The position numbers and the translations under genes were made by a program. DNA of 64,000 nt. Origin: an uncultured beta proteobacterium (lineage in GTDB: Bacteria > Pseudomonadota > Gammaproteobacteria > Burkholderiales > Rhodocyclaceae). The stretch lies in the NCBI GenBank assembly GCA_963702495.1, contig CAVPDA010000006.1:36832-100831 (forward strand). Reading direction: 5' to 3'. How positions within the stretch are numbered: the stretch's first letter is position 1; the number at the start of each line of letters is the position of its first letter. Shown piece by piece: positions 49,635-60,945 of the stretch. The notes under the pieces were generated by a model. The model was not told where the DNA came from. It saw only the letters and a list, made by a program, of their open reading frames with translations, and made no database searches.

Positions 49635-51161
49635 ATGAAACTGCTGCTTGTCACTGTGATCGGCGCGTACTTCGCGGGCTCTGCGTGCGCCGCGCCAGTC
49701 CTGAATGTCGGCTCGAAGCGCTTTACCGAGTCCTACATCCTGGGCGAAATCATCCGCCACACGGCACAGTCCGCCGGCGAGGCGGGCGCCGTGCACCAGC
49801 GCGGCCTGGGCAATACCGCAATCGTGCTCAGCGCCCTCAGGACCGGCAGCATCGACGTCTATCCCGAGTACACGGGCACGATCGCCAGGGAAATACTCAA
49901 ACTGGACGATGTGCCGGCGCTGCCCGAACTCAATGCCCGGCTCGCGCCCCTGGGAATCGCGGTGTCCGTGCCGCTGGGTTTCGAGAATACCTATGCGCTC
50001 GCAATGCGCACCGACGATGCCCGCGCGCGCGGCATCGCCCGGCTGTCGCAACTCCAGACGCACAAGGACCTGCGGCTGGGGCTGTCCCAGGAGTTCCTCG
50101 GCCGGTCCGACGGCTGGCCCGGGTTGAAGCGCGCCTACGACCTGCCGTTCGCCTCGCCGCGCGGGCTTGACCACGGCCTTGCATACGAAGCGATCGCGGG
50201 GGGTCAGGTCGACGTGATCGACATCTACTCCACGGACGCAAAGATCGACAAGTACGGCCTGACCGTGCTCGCGGACGACCGGCATTTCTTCCCCCGCTAT
50301 GAGGCGGTACTCCTGCATCGGGCGGACCTGCCGCTGCGGCTGCCTGCGACGTGGGCCGCGATCACGAAGCTCGCGGGGCGAATCGACGACGCGGCCATGC
50401 GGCGCATGAACGCCGCGGCCGAACTGGAGGGAAAAGACTTCGCCGCGGTCGCCGCCGAATTCGCCGTGCGAGCTTCAGGCGCAAGCGCGACGATGGAATC
50501 GCGCGGCGCCGCGCCCAGCGATCTCTGGCACAAGCTGTTCGCGCCGGATTTCATGCGGCTTGGGGCCGAGCATCTCGCGCTGGTGTTCGCCTCGCTCGCG
50601 GCAAGCGTCGTGCTCGGCCTGCCGCTGGGCATCCTCGCCGCCAAACGCCCCATGACCCGAGGCCTGATCCTGGGCGCGAGCGGCCTGGTTCAAACGATTC
50701 CCGCGCTCGCCCTGCTCGCGTTCCTGATTTCGCTCACGGGCCGCATCGGAGCGGCCCCGGCGTTCATTGCGCTCACCCTGTATGCATTGCTTCCCATCGT
50801 GCGCAACACCCATGCCGGGCTGAGCCAGATTCCACGCGGCATGAAGCAGGCGGCGCAATCGCTCGGTCTGGCGCCGGGCACGATCCTGCACCGGATCGAA
50901 CTCCCCTTGGCGGCGCCGACGATATGGGCGGGGGTCAGGACATCCGCCGTCATCAATGTGGGCACCGCCACCATCGCCGCCTTCATCGGTGCCGGTGGCT
51001 TCGGCGAGAGAATCGTGACCGGGCTTGCGTTGAACGACCACGTCACCCTGCTCGCCGGTGCGATTCCCGCTGCCGCCCTTGCTCTCGTCGTCGAGGCGCT
51101 CTTCGGCTGGGGCCAGCGTCTGTCTACTCCGCGCGGCTTGCGCGTCGCGTCTTCAGGTTAG
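49635..51161 (+). CDS. Fused osmoprotectant (glycine betaine/choline-type) ABC substrate-binding + permease protein
   Basis: Signal peptide MKLLLVTVIGAYFAGSACA. SBP part VGSKRFTESYILGEI...GSIDVYPEYTGT. C-terminal permease with an EAA-like loop (RNTHAGLSQIPRGMKQAAQSLGL). Confidence 0.9.
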   Translation: MKLLLVTVIGAYFAGSACAAPVLNVGSKRFTESYILGEIIRHTAQSAGEAGAVHQRGLGNTAIVLSALRTGSIDVYPEYTGTIAREILKLDDVPALPELNARLAPLGIAVSVPLGFENTYALAMRTDDARARGIARLSQLQTHKDLRLGLSQEFLGRSDGWPGLKRAYDLPFASPRGLDHGLAYEAIAGGQVDVIDIYSTDAKIDKYGLTVLADDRHFFPRYEAVLLHRADLPLRLPATWAAITKLAGRIDDAAMRRMNAAAELEGKDFAAVAAEFAVRASGASATMESRGAAPSDLWHKLFAPDFMRLGAEHLALVFASLAASVVLGLPLGILAAKRPMTRGLILGASGLVQTIPALALLAFLISLTGRIGAAPAFIALTLYALLPIVRNTHAGLSQIPRGMKQAAQSLGLAPGTILHRIELPLAAPTIWAGVRTSAVINVGTATIAAFIGAGGFGERIVTGLALNDHVTLLAGAIPAAALALVVEALFGWGQRLSTPRGLRVASSG

Positions 51162-51389
51162 TCCGCCCGCGTTGCTCGACGCCTGCGGTGGATCACCAAA
51201 TGGAAGGGAGCGCATTTCCGAAGTCGCTTTGCCAGTCCCAGATCGAGCATCAGCATCACGCTTGCGGAGCCACACCCGCCGGAACGCTGCCGTTGCCTTG
51301 ACACAGCCCAGAGCCCATCATTGCGCATCGCGCGCCCGCGGCGGGTTGGCCCGCGGTGACGGCGCGCCTGCGTCCAACGGGAGTCCTTG

Positions 51390-51791
51390 ATGCTCACGAT
51401 CACGGCGGTAACGGCTTCAGTGCTGGCTCTGTATTTCATCCGCCTGGCGATCGACGTCATCGCCCTGCGTCGCCGGCACAAGGTCTCGCTGGGCGACGGG
51501 GGAAACGAGGACATCCGCCGGGCGATACGAGCGCACGGAAACTTTGCCGAATATGTGCCCATCGCCCTCCTGCTGATGGCCCTCGTGGAGCTGAATCAGG
51601 GACCCAAACCGCTGCTCGTCGCACTGGGCGTCGCCCTCATCGCCGGGCGGATCCTGCATCGCAGCGGCATTCGCCACCCCGAACGGGCATTCAAGAACCG
51701 GGTCCGGGGCATGCAGCTGACCTTTGCCGCCATTGCGACGGCGGCAATCTCCAATATCGTGATGGTACTGGTTCGCGCCTTGAGCGGCTGA
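51390..51791 (+). CDS. MAPEG-family membrane protein (YecN-like)
   Basis: 133 aa, 3-4 TM. RRRHKVSLGDGGNEDIRRAIRAHGNFAEYVPIALLLMAL...GRILH: the MAPEG signature. Confidence 0.8.
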   Translation: MLTITAVTASVLALYFIRLAIDVIALRRRHKVSLGDGGNEDIRRAIRAHGNFAEYVPIALLLMALVELNQGPKPLLVALGVALIAGRILHRSGIRHPERAFKNRVRGMQLTFAAIATAAISNIVMVLVRALSG

Positions 51792-51869
51792 GGTGCAGGC
51801 CGTCGCTGCGCCGGCCGTGTCGATGGGCATGACGCCATGGCGGGCCGGATTCGCACGGGCACTGGCGAA

Positions 51870-52627
51870 CTACGCCTTGAGCCGGTACCCGGTCCGGAAG
51901 ATCCACGCCACGATCGCCAGGAATGCCGCCAGGAATGCCGCGGTCATGGCAAGGCTGACACCGACGCTGACGTCGGCACTGCCGTAGAAGCTCCAGCGGA
52001 AGCCGCTCACCAGATAGACCACAGGGTTGAACAGACTGATCGACCGCCACACCGGCGGCAGCATATTGATGGAATAGAAGCTGCCGCCGAGAAAGGTCAG
52101 CGGCGTGATGATGAGCAGCGGCACCAGTTGCAGCTTCTCGAAATTGTCGGCCCAGATGCCGATGATGAAGCCGAACAGACTGAACGTCACGGCCGTGAGG
52201 ACGAGGAACAGCATCATCCAGACGGGATGGGCAACTTGAAGCGGAACGAACAGGCCGGCGGTGGCCAGAATGATCAGGCCGAGCAGGATCGACTTGGTCG
52301 CTGCCGCCCCGACGTAGCTCACCACGATCTCCAGATAGGACACCGGCGCCGACAACAGCTCGTAGATCGTTCCCGTGAACTTGGGGAAGTAGATGCCGAA
52401 GGAGGCGTTCGAGACGCTCTGCGTGAGCAGCGACAACATGATCAAGCCCGGCACGATGAACGCGCCGTAGCTGATGCCGTCGATCTCGGCAATGCGCGAG
52501 CCGATCGCGGCGCCGAAGACGACGAAATACAGCGACGTCGATATCACCGGGGAGACGATGCTCTGCAGCAGCGTCCGCCCGGTGCGCGCCATCTCGAACT
52601 TGTAGATCGCGCGGATTGCATGAAGGT

Positions 52628-52631
<4 letters not shown>
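51870..52631 (-). CDS. ABC-2 type transporter permease (YadH-like)
   Basis: [40 protein letters not shown]. 6 TM. ATGA overlap with the ATPase gene. Confidence 0.9.
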
Positions 52632-53554
<923 letters not shown>

Positions 53555-53906
53555 GCACACTACCATAGCAGATGCCGGCGCCTTGTCGGATGCGTCGGGT
53601 GCCGATTCGGGGATGGGACGGCCTTCCGGCCGTGATCCGGTCGCTCGAAGCCGGTCGAACCAACCACTCTGTCCCTAGGCCGGGACCACGTTCTGGACGC
53701 TGCCCGGGGCGGATTCGTCGCGCGGCACCATGCCCGCCGCCCTGAGCTTGCAGCGGGCGGCTGGCATGGGAGCCGGTTGATGAAGCGGACACCCCGCGAA
53801 TTCGTCTCCGAGCCGTGAGGACCGAGCCGAAGTCCCGCGAAGCCGGACATTGGGTGATGCGTCGAGGCAGGTGTTAAGCTTGCTCGGTCCGACAGGAAGG
53901 CATGCC

Positions 53907-56135
53907 ATGCAGATCCCTCGCCCCTTCATCCCGGCAACTGCGCACTTGCCGGAGCTCACGTTGCGGGCGCTCCTGATGGGCGTCGTGCTCGGCGTCATCT
54001 TCGGCGCCTCGTCCTTGTACCTGGTCCTGAAAGTCGGCCTGACGGTCAGCGCATCGATCCCGGTCGCAGTCATCGCCGTCACCCTGTTTCGACTGGGCCA
54101 CAAGATCGGCGGACGGGATTCGACCATTCTGGAAAACAACATCGTGCAGACCGCGGGTTCCGCCGGGGAATCCATCGCCTTCGGTCTGGGCGTCACCATG
54201 CCGGCCATTCTGATCCTCGGCTTCGACCTCGAGATCACGCGCGTCATGCTGGTCGCAGTGCTGGGCAGCCTCCTCGGCATTCTGATGATGATTCCACTGC
54301 GCCGCAGCATGATCGTGGCGCAGCACGGCGAGCTCAAGTATCCGGAGGGAACGGCCTGCGCGGAAGTGCTCAAGGCGGCTGCCTCGGACGAGTCCCGCGC
54401 CGCTGCCGGCGAGCCGCGGGTCGCCCGCGGTGCGGGATTCGATGCCGGCAGCCGCGCCGCGACGATCTTCACCGGATTCGGTATCGGCCTCGTGTACAAG
54501 GTGGTCAATATTGCGCTCAAGGGCTGGAAGGATGTACCGGGAACGACTTTCGGCGCCGCCTACCCGGGCGGGTCGGTTGCCGCGGAAGTCTCGCCCGAAC
54601 TCCTGGGGGTCGGATACATCATCGGGCCGCGCATCGCATCCGTCATGTGCGCCGGCGGCGTGCTCGCCTACCTGGTTCTGATCCCGCTCATCAGGTTCTT
54701 CGGCGACGCCCTGCCCGCGCCGCTGACGCCTGGCAACCAACTCATCAACGAAATGAGCCCGAACCAGATTCGCGGCGCCTATGTCCTCTACATTGGCGCC
54801 GGCGCAGTGGCCGCCGGCGGTGTCGTCAGCATGTTGCGGGCATTGCCGACCATCTGGCGCAGCCTGCTGGAAGGCCTGCGCGGCCTCGGCGGCAAGGGCG
54901 CTCCCCAGCTTCTTCGCACGGAGCAGGACATTCCCATGAAATGGGTGCTCGTGGGCGCGCTCGCCATCATCGCTGCCGTTACGCTTGCTGCGCCGTTGAA
55001 CATGAACGTCCTGGGGGCAATGCTGATTCTGGTCTTCGGCTTTCTGTTCTCGACGGTTTCGTCGCGCCTGACGGGCGAGATCGGGTCCTCGTCCAACCCA
55101 ATCTCGGGCATGACCGTCGCCACACTGCTGCTGACCTGCCTCATCTTCCTGCTCGTCGGCTGGACCGGCGGACCGCATTACGTCACTGCCCTGTCGGTGG
55201 GCGCCATCGTCTGCATTGCGTCGAGCAACGCCGGCGCGACTTCGCAAGACCTGAAGACCGGATTCCTCGTCGGCGCAACGCCGAAGCTGCAACAGTACGC
55301 CATCCTCGCCGGCGCCCTGATCTCAGCCCTGGCGCTGGGACCGGTGTTGCTGAAGCTGAATGAGGCCGCGACGGTTTACGTGCCGATCGCCCGGGTCGCG
55401 CCCGGCCTGTCGGCCGATCCAGCCACACTGGGGAGCATCGAAGCGCTGCAGGGACCGCAAGCGGCGCAGGACGCGAAGAACTATCGCGTCTGGCACAAGA
55501 CAGACCACGCCGGCGGCCCGGCCGGCAAGTACCTGGTGGACGCCGACGGCAGCGCTGTCTATCTGGTCGATCCGGGCATCAACGGCACGCACACGACGAG
55601 GCCCGACGGCACCGAAGTGCGCAAGTACGACGCGCCCAAGGCGGTGCTCATGTCCTACATCATCAAGGGCGTCCTCGACCGTGACCTGCCGTGGGGGCTG
55701 GTGCTGTTCGGCGTCATGATCGCACTGGTGCTGGAAATGGCGGGAATTCCATCGCTGCCCTTCGCGGTCGGCGTCTATCTGCCGCTCTCCTCCTCCGCGC
55801 CGATCTTCGTTGGCGGCCTGGCGCGCCGCTTCGTCGATCATCGGAACAACCAGTTGCCTCGCTTCGCAGACTTGACCGAAGAGGAACGCAACGCAGCCAA
55901 CGACAGCCGGCCGGGTATCCTCCTCGCGTCCGGCTATATCGCGGGCGGCGCCCTCGCAGGAATCGTTATCGCCTTCAGCGCGGGCATCCTGACCGATCTT
56001 GACAAGGCGGTAGGCGAATGGGCGAGCGAACACAATCCGTTCCTTGCCGGCCCCAATGCAGACCTGCTGTCCCTGATACCTTTTGCGGCGCTTGTTGGCC
56101 TGCTCTTCTGGGTGGGGCGTGAACGCAGCCGCTAA
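53907..56135 (+). CDS. OPT-superfamily oligopeptide transporter
   Basis: SD aggaagg then ATG at 53907. ELTLRALLMGVVLGVIFGASSLYLVLKVGLTVSASIPVAV. About 742-aa polytopic protein. YPEGTACAEVL and SSNPISGMTV are typical OPT blocks. Confidence 0.9.
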   Translation: MQIPRPFIPATAHLPELTLRALLMGVVLGVIFGASSLYLVLKVGLTVSASIPVAVIAVTLFRLGHKIGGRDSTILENNIVQTAGSAGESIAFGLGVTMPAILILGFDLEITRVMLVAVLGSLLGILMMIPLRRSMIVAQHGELKYPEGTACAEVLKAAASDESRAAAGEPRVARGAGFDAGSRAATIFTGFGIGLVYKVVNIALKGWKDVPGTTFGAAYPGGSVAAEVSPELLGVGYIIGPRIASVMCAGGVLAYLVLIPLIRFFGDALPAPLTPGNQLINEMSPNQIRGAYVLYIGAGAVAAGGVVSMLRALPTIWRSLLEGLRGLGGKGAPQLLRTEQDIPMKWVLVGALAIIAAVTLAAPLNMNVLGAMLILVFGFLFSTVSSRLTGEIGSSSNPISGMTVATLLLTCLIFLLVGWTGGPHYVTALSVGAIVCIASSNAGATSQDLKTGFLVGATPKLQQYAILAGALISALALGPVLLKLNEAATVYVPIARVAPGLSADPATLGSIEALQGPQAAQDAKNYRVWHKTDHAGGPAGKYLVDADGSAVYLVDPGINGTHTTRPDGTEVRKYDAPKAVLMSYIIKGVLDRDLPWGLVLFGVMIALVLEMAGIPSLPFAVGVYLPLSSSAPIFVGGLARRFVDHRNNQLPRFADLTEEERNAANDSRPGILLASGYIAGGALAGIVIAFSAGILTDLDKAVGEWASEHNPFLAGPNADLLSLIPFAALVGLLFWVGRERSR

Positions 56136-56243
56136 CCCGAACTGCGACGAGGGCCGCTGTCGGGTCGGTTGCCCGGCCCGGAGTCCGACTGGAAAGCACC
56201 CGCCTCACATCCGATGTCGGGCATCACCGTCTCGAGCTCGAAT

Positions 56244-56636
56244 TCACTGCACAAGGCGTGCATAGCTGACCGTCAGCATTTCCCATTGATGACCGTCTGG
56301 TTCGTTCCAGTAGACGATGCTGCCGCCGTGCTGCGTGTCGATTTGGAAGTCGACGGGCCCATGAACGTTGCTTCGGTAAGGTATTCCCGCCGCCTTGATT
56401 CGCTCAAGGATGATATTGAAGTCGTCCTGACTCACTCGAAAGCAGTAGTGAATCATGGGAAAAGGGTCGGTCCATTCATCAAAGTCGATGGTCAATCCAT
56501 CGTTCACATATACGGCGGCGAACGGTCCTACACCCGATTCCGACCAACGAACCCCAAGTAGTTCGGCCAACAGCTTCGCCGAAGCCGCTTTGTTGCGGGA
56601 CGGCACCATGAGGTGATCAAGGTGAACGGTCATCAT
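56244..56636 (-). CDS. VOC (glyoxalase/bleomycin-resistance/dioxygenase) family protein
   Basis: 130 aa: MMTVHLDHLMVPSRNKAASAKLLAELLG...HYCFRVSQDDFNIILERIKAAGIPY...DPDGHQWEM. Confidence 0.8.
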   Translation of the reverse strand: MMTVHLDHLMVPSRNKAASAKLLAELLGVRWSESGVGPFAAVYVNDGLTIDFDEWTDPFPMIHYCFRVSQDDFNIILERIKAAGIPYRSNVHGPVDFQIDTQHGGSIVYWNEPDGHQWEMLTVSYARLVQ

Positions 56637-57138
56637 GGTCTCCTGTTCTTGAAGGGGCTGGAGTCGGGTCGCGCGTGTTCCAGCCCGCCTCGACGAGCGC
56701 TGCGAGCTTATCGAGCGCCTCCCGCCAGCCGGCTTCGTTGTCGGCGGTCGGCAGGCCGCGCGGCAGCCCGTCGTGCACCGCGAGGACATCGGTGCCGCCG
56801 TCTGCATCGGCGAGCGAGATCGTGATCGTCATTTCCCCGCGCAGCGCGGGATCCGTCGTCTCGAACTTGGCCACTTCGACCACCCGCTCATTCTTCACGA
56901 GGCTCACGAAGCGTCCGTGGTACGTGTCGGTGTGCGCGGTCGTCTTGCCGGTCCCGGCCGGCGCGTCGTAGGTGAGCGAGATTCGAAACGAGCCACCGTC
57001 GCGGGCATCGAACGCATGCACGTGGCTGGTCATGCCGGCCGGCACCATCCACGTCGCGACCGCGCGCGCATCGAGAAGCGCGCGATAGACGATCGCGCGT
57101 AGCGCGTTCACGCGGCGACTGATCCGGGTCGAACTCAC
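56617..57138 (-). CDS. SRPBCC (AHSA1/START-like) family protein
   Basis: ISRRVNALRAIVYRALLDARAVATWMVPAG...GGSFRISLTY...YHGRFVSLVKNERVV...GWREALDKLAALVE. GTG start. Confidence 0.8.
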   Translation of the reverse strand: MSSTRISRRVNALRAIVYRALLDARAVATWMVPAGMTSHVHAFDARDGGSFRISLTYDAPAGTGKTTAHTDTYHGRFVSLVKNERVVEVAKFETTDPALRGEMTITISLADADGGTDVLAVHDGLPRGLPTADNEAGWREALDKLAALVEAGWNTRDPTPAPSRTGDHDDRSP

Positions 57139-57212
57139 TCCCGAACTCTAGCATTTACGACAAGACGATCTTGCTGACTATCCGAGATGCGCCGCTTGTG
57201 ACTGTACTGTCA

Positions 57213-58220
57213 TCAACGTTGAGCTTGCCGTCTGCGCCAATCCCCCGGCGGCAAGCCGAAGTGACGCTTGAAGGCGCGGCTGAAGGCTGCCTCCGACTCG
57301 TAGCAGGTCCGGTCAGCGATCGCTTTTATGGGTAAGTCGCTGGACTTCAGATGCTGCGCAGCAAGCTGCAGGCGCCAACGCGCCAGGTACTGCATCGGCG
57401 GTTGATCGAGGAAGTGCTTGAAGCGCTCTGCCAACACGGTGCGCGACACTCCCACCTGGCGCGCCAGGCTCGCCACGCTCCAGTCGTGAAGTGGCGCCCC
57501 GTGCAGGCACTTCAAGGCCGCCCCGATTGCGGGGTCGTTGAAAGCCGCGAACCAGCCGACCTCGTCCGCCGACAGGCCCTGCATGTACTTGCGCAAAATC
57601 TCCACGAACATCAGTTCGGCCAGGCGCGGCAGCATGCAGCGCGAGCCGGGAACGGGCCTGGTGGCCTCGGAGACCGTGTGGCGGATCGTGCTGGACAGCC
57701 AGTCGTCGGCCCGAGCTTGTTCCGAGCTGACGCGCAGCAAGGCCGGCAGATGGCGCAGGATGGGATGGAACAGCAACTCGTCGCACTGCAGAAAGCCGCA
57801 GATGATGCTGCTGTTGGCGCCCATGCCACCATGGGCGACAACCAGCATGTCGCTCCACGGTGGCCGCGGCAGCAACTGACCCACCTGCACCGGGGCGGCG
57901 GCCTCGCGTCCGCCCAGGCGGTGGCTGTCGCCATAGGGGAGCAGCACGGCATCCCCTTCACGTAGCCAGACCGGCGCACGCTCGGACATCTCCAGCCAGC
58001 AGCCTCCGGTGGCGACGACATGAAAGGGGATGATGTGTTCGGTGTGGAACGGCAGCACCCGGGCAAGCTGGCGGGAATCGGGGGTAACGACGGACCAGGG
58101 TTCGCGAAACTCGGCGCGGAACAGCACCGTGCCGGCAAGGTGCATGCTGCCCAGCAGATCCGACAGCAGATCAGCCGAGGCGGGCGGCGTTTCGGACAAG
58201 ACTTGCGGTGTTTCGGTCAT
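57213..58220 (-). CDS. AraC-family transcriptional regulator (cupin-like AraC_N sensor + 2x HTH)
   Basis: SD gggagg then ATG at 58218-58220. GTVLFRAEFREPWSV...FHVVATGGCWL. C-terminal WSVASLARQVGVSRTVLAERFKHFL...PIKAIADRTCYESEAAFSRAFKRHFG. Confidence 0.9.
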   Translation of the reverse strand: MTETPQVLSETPPASADLLSDLLGSMHLAGTVLFRAEFREPWSVVTPDSRQLARVLPFHTEHIIPFHVVATGGCWLEMSERAPVWLREGDAVLLPYGDSHRLGGREAAAPVQVGQLLPRPPWSDMLVVAHGGMGANSSIICGFLQCDELLFHPILRHLPALLRVSSEQARADDWLSSTIRHTVSEATRPVPGSRCMLPRLAELMFVEILRKYMQGLSADEVGWFAAFNDPAIGAALKCLHGAPLHDWSVASLARQVGVSRTVLAERFKHFLDQPPMQYLARWRLQLAAQHLKSSDLPIKAIADRTCYESEAAFSRAFKRHFGLPPGDWRRRQAQR

Positions 58221-58282
58221 GGCCTCCCGTCCATTAACCATCTACGCTGATCTTAGCAAAGCTGAAAGCGGGAAGGACGATC

Positions 58283-58666
58283 ATGAATACGGAAGGGATG
58301 GACGCGGAAGCACGCGATCTGGTGGTCGTGATCACGCACGGCATCGACCACGAATTGTCATCCGCTGGACTCACCATCGCGCTCGGCGGGCTGACTGCCG
58401 GCCTGAAGGTCTCGATCTTTCTCACCAGCGCCGGCGTCGATATCGTGCGGCGCGGCGCGTCCGACCTGACGCAGGTCAAACCTCTCGAACCGCTGGTGGA
58501 CATGCTGCGCGATTTTCTGGCCCGGGGTGGAACATTGTGGGCCTGCACCCCCTGTGTGAAAAGCCGCGGGTACGTTCAGGAGAACCTGTTGGATGGCGTC
58601 ATCATCACCGGGGCGAGCGTCATGCACGAGAAGATCAAGCGCGGCGCCGCGACACTGAGTTTCTGA
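58283..58666 (+). CDS. DsrE/DsrF-like sulfur-relay fold protein
   Basis: 127 aa: LVVVITHGIDHELSSAGLTIALGG...VSIFLTSAGVDIV...LWACTPCVKSRG...GASVMHEKI. Divergent from the AraC gene. Confidence 0.8.
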   Translation: MNTEGMDAEARDLVVVITHGIDHELSSAGLTIALGGLTAGLKVSIFLTSAGVDIVRRGASDLTQVKPLEPLVDMLRDFLARGGTLWACTPCVKSRGYVQENLLDGVIITGASVMHEKIKRGAATLSF

Positions 58667-58684
58667 GCCAGGAAAGGGACGGAC

Positions 58685-59125
58685 ATGATTCTCTACAGGG
58701 AAGTGAGCTGGTGGTACTGGGCGGTCACATCGGTGCTGCTCATCATCGGGCTGGCCGGACGGTTCGAGGCCTTCCTGCTGGCTACTGCGCTGAGCGCCGT
58801 ACAGGTGGTTCATTTCCGACTGCGCGAAGGCAGCTTCACGGCGTTTCCGGTTCAGGTGCGCGTGGCCTATACCGCCATGCTTCTGCTGGCCTCGTGGGAA
58901 CCGATGAACCTGCTGTTCTGGGTGCCGGCTATCGGCACACCCGCGCAAGTCCTGTTCGGCTACTGCACCCTGGCCCGCTGTCTGACTCTGCTTCCCTGGA
59001 ACCGGCGCGGGCCCTTGTCCTGGCGTCTGGTCTGGCGAACCTTCTCGGCGCCGCCGGTGAAGGGCAACATTCTCCAGGGTCTGCCGGCGACGACCTATGC
59101 GGCGGCCGAGGAGTCCGGCCGGTAG
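58685..59125 (+). CDS. Hypothetical 4-TM membrane protein
   Basis: 146 aa. ATG lies 19 nt after the DsrE-like stop. Hydrophobic helices (WWYWAVTSVLLIIGLAG, FLLATALSAVQVV, VAYTAMLLLASW, LFWVPAIGTPAQVLFGY). High GC3. No family recognised. Confidence 0.55.
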   Translation: MILYREVSWWYWAVTSVLLIIGLAGRFEAFLLATALSAVQVVHFRLREGSFTAFPVQVRVAYTAMLLLASWEPMNLLFWVPAIGTPAQVLFGYCTLARCLTLLPWNRRGPLSWRLVWRTFSAPPVKGNILQGLPATTYAAAEESGR

Positions 59126-59365
59126 CACCGTGACGTGCGCTTCAGGGAGCGCTGCCACGAGCCTGCCCACTCCACGTGCATTTGCGGAGTCACCCCGCAC
59201 TGGTTCGTGATGACGCATGGGCGCAGGAGACCTCGTCCAATTCGATTTCTCATCCCCATCTGCTTGACATGTCTCGTCGCTCGCTGCGCAGCGCCTTGCG
59301 CTCGGCGCTGCACGGTATGCCTGTCAGTGGTTCGGCGCAGCACGCGCCGCCGCGGCAGGTTCCGA

Positions 59366-59623
59366 TCACGTAGCTTGGAACACGGTGACGACCGTATTCT
59401 TGAGTTGCGCCTGGTTGTTGGCGAGTTCCGCCCGCATGCTCTGAAGAACCTTGATGCCGGGGTCGCCTTTCAGGGCTTCGACGGTGCTCTCCCTCCCTGC
59501 CTTGGGCAAGTCGCGGCTTTCCTTGTTGCTGCTGGCTATCCGCTCCTCGAACGCTGCGGGATCCTCAACTGTCGGCGCCGGCGGCAACACCCAGTTGAGC
59601 ACGCAAACAACAGCTTCCAGCAT
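59366..59623 (-). CDS. Hypothetical 85-aa protein
   Basis: The ATG at 59621-59623 gives MLEAVVCVLNWVLPPAPTVEDPAAFEERIASSNKESRDLPKAGRESTVEALKGDPGIKVLQSMRAELANNQAQLKNTVVTVFQAT. GC3 is about 75%. No recognised family. Confidence 0.3.
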   Translation of the reverse strand: MLEAVVCVLNWVLPPAPTVEDPAAFEERIASSNKESRDLPKAGRESTVEALKGDPGIKVLQSMRAELANNQAQLKNTVVTVFQAT

Positions 59624-59915
59624 GCAGTTGTTTGGAGTGGGAGTCGCGAGCGTCGTGCCAAGGCATTGCAAAGCTGCCGGTGGCGAGCGCGCTCCTGAGG
59701 GATGAGCCATGTAACCGCAATGGCCGAAGAGGCGCCGGACTGCTTGGCGGCGCGGGCGACAGCACTGCCTTCGTTGGCAGCCGTTCGGCGCGCTGGCGCT
59801 CGAATGACCCAGTGGTTCGCCCCGAGACGCTCACGACCTCCCGGGGCCTGCTGTCGGACCCGCAATTCTCAAGCCGCGGTAACTACTCAGGTGCCCTTGC
59901 TGGATCAACCGAAGC

Positions 59916-60945
59916 TCAAGCGAATCGGGGCTGAGGCGGTTGGCCCTGGAAAGTCAAGGTCAGGGCATGGAAGAGATTGGCACCCTGCTTGTGGAGGGTG
60001 GCGAGATAGGAGCGAATGGTGCAGAAGGTTTCGAGGCCAGCCGGGGTGCGGAAGCCGCCGGAGATCTTCTGCTTGACCTTGGGCATACGCACGTCCTGTT
60101 CGGCGGTATTGTTGGAGAAGGGAACGTTGTGATCGGCCATGAAACGCCAGACATCGTTGACATGAGTTCGCAATCGGTCGATCAGATTGAGCGCCTTGTT
60201 TTGCTTGGTGCGGCCGCGCTTGCCGGAGGGCGGAGCGCGCGGATTGACGGCGGCGCCCTCGGCAAGAATGGTCTCGTAGGCGGATCGGTAGTGTGCGCTG
60301 CGCTCAGCGGGCAGCGCTGCGCCAGCGCCCGCGACTTCGTGGCAGGCGCCCACCAACAGATCAATCAGACGCTTGGCCCAGGCCTGCTTCATTTCCTCGA
60401 AGACATAGGTCAGTTCGCGCAGGTGATGGGCGTTGCACAGCGCATGGGTGCAGGCCAGATCGCGATACGGTTTCCAGCCATCGTGAACCAACGTGCCAGC
60501 AAACACGGCCAGAATCCCGAAGGCATCAAAGGCCTTCTTGCCCCGGTTGATGTGACTGCCGATCCAGGTCATCGAGTGGGTGGCGAGGACATGCAGCCAG
60601 AACAGTTTGCCGGCTACGCGCATTCCGGTTTCATCGGCGTGGGCAACGGGCACGGTTTTCAGGGCATCGCCCATGGCGGCCACCGTCGGCGCGATCAGCG
60701 CTGCGGCTTGCGCGTGGATCGCCAGTACCGTGGCATCGGACAGCGGCAAGCCGAACAGATCGCCCGTCAGGGCGCCGGTACGCGCCACCGGCAGCATGTG
60801 GTGGTGCGTCAGATGAACCACGGCCGCCTTGATCCGCGGCCCGTACTGGACCGGCGCCGCAACCTCGGCAGGGAACTCGCCTCGATGCACCTTACCGCAA
60901 GTGCAACGCACTTCAAGCCGTTGGTGCTCGGTCACCTCATGGCGC
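59916..60945 (-). pseudogene. IS66-family transposase, C-terminal (DDE) part
   Basis: EVTEHQRLEVRCTCGKVHRGEFP...VAHADETGMRV...GTLVHDGWKPY...LCNAHHLREL...NNTAEQDVRMPKVKQKISGGFRT. The reading frame joins 63660-64000 once the IS4-like insert and one TSD copy are removed. Confidence 0.85.
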
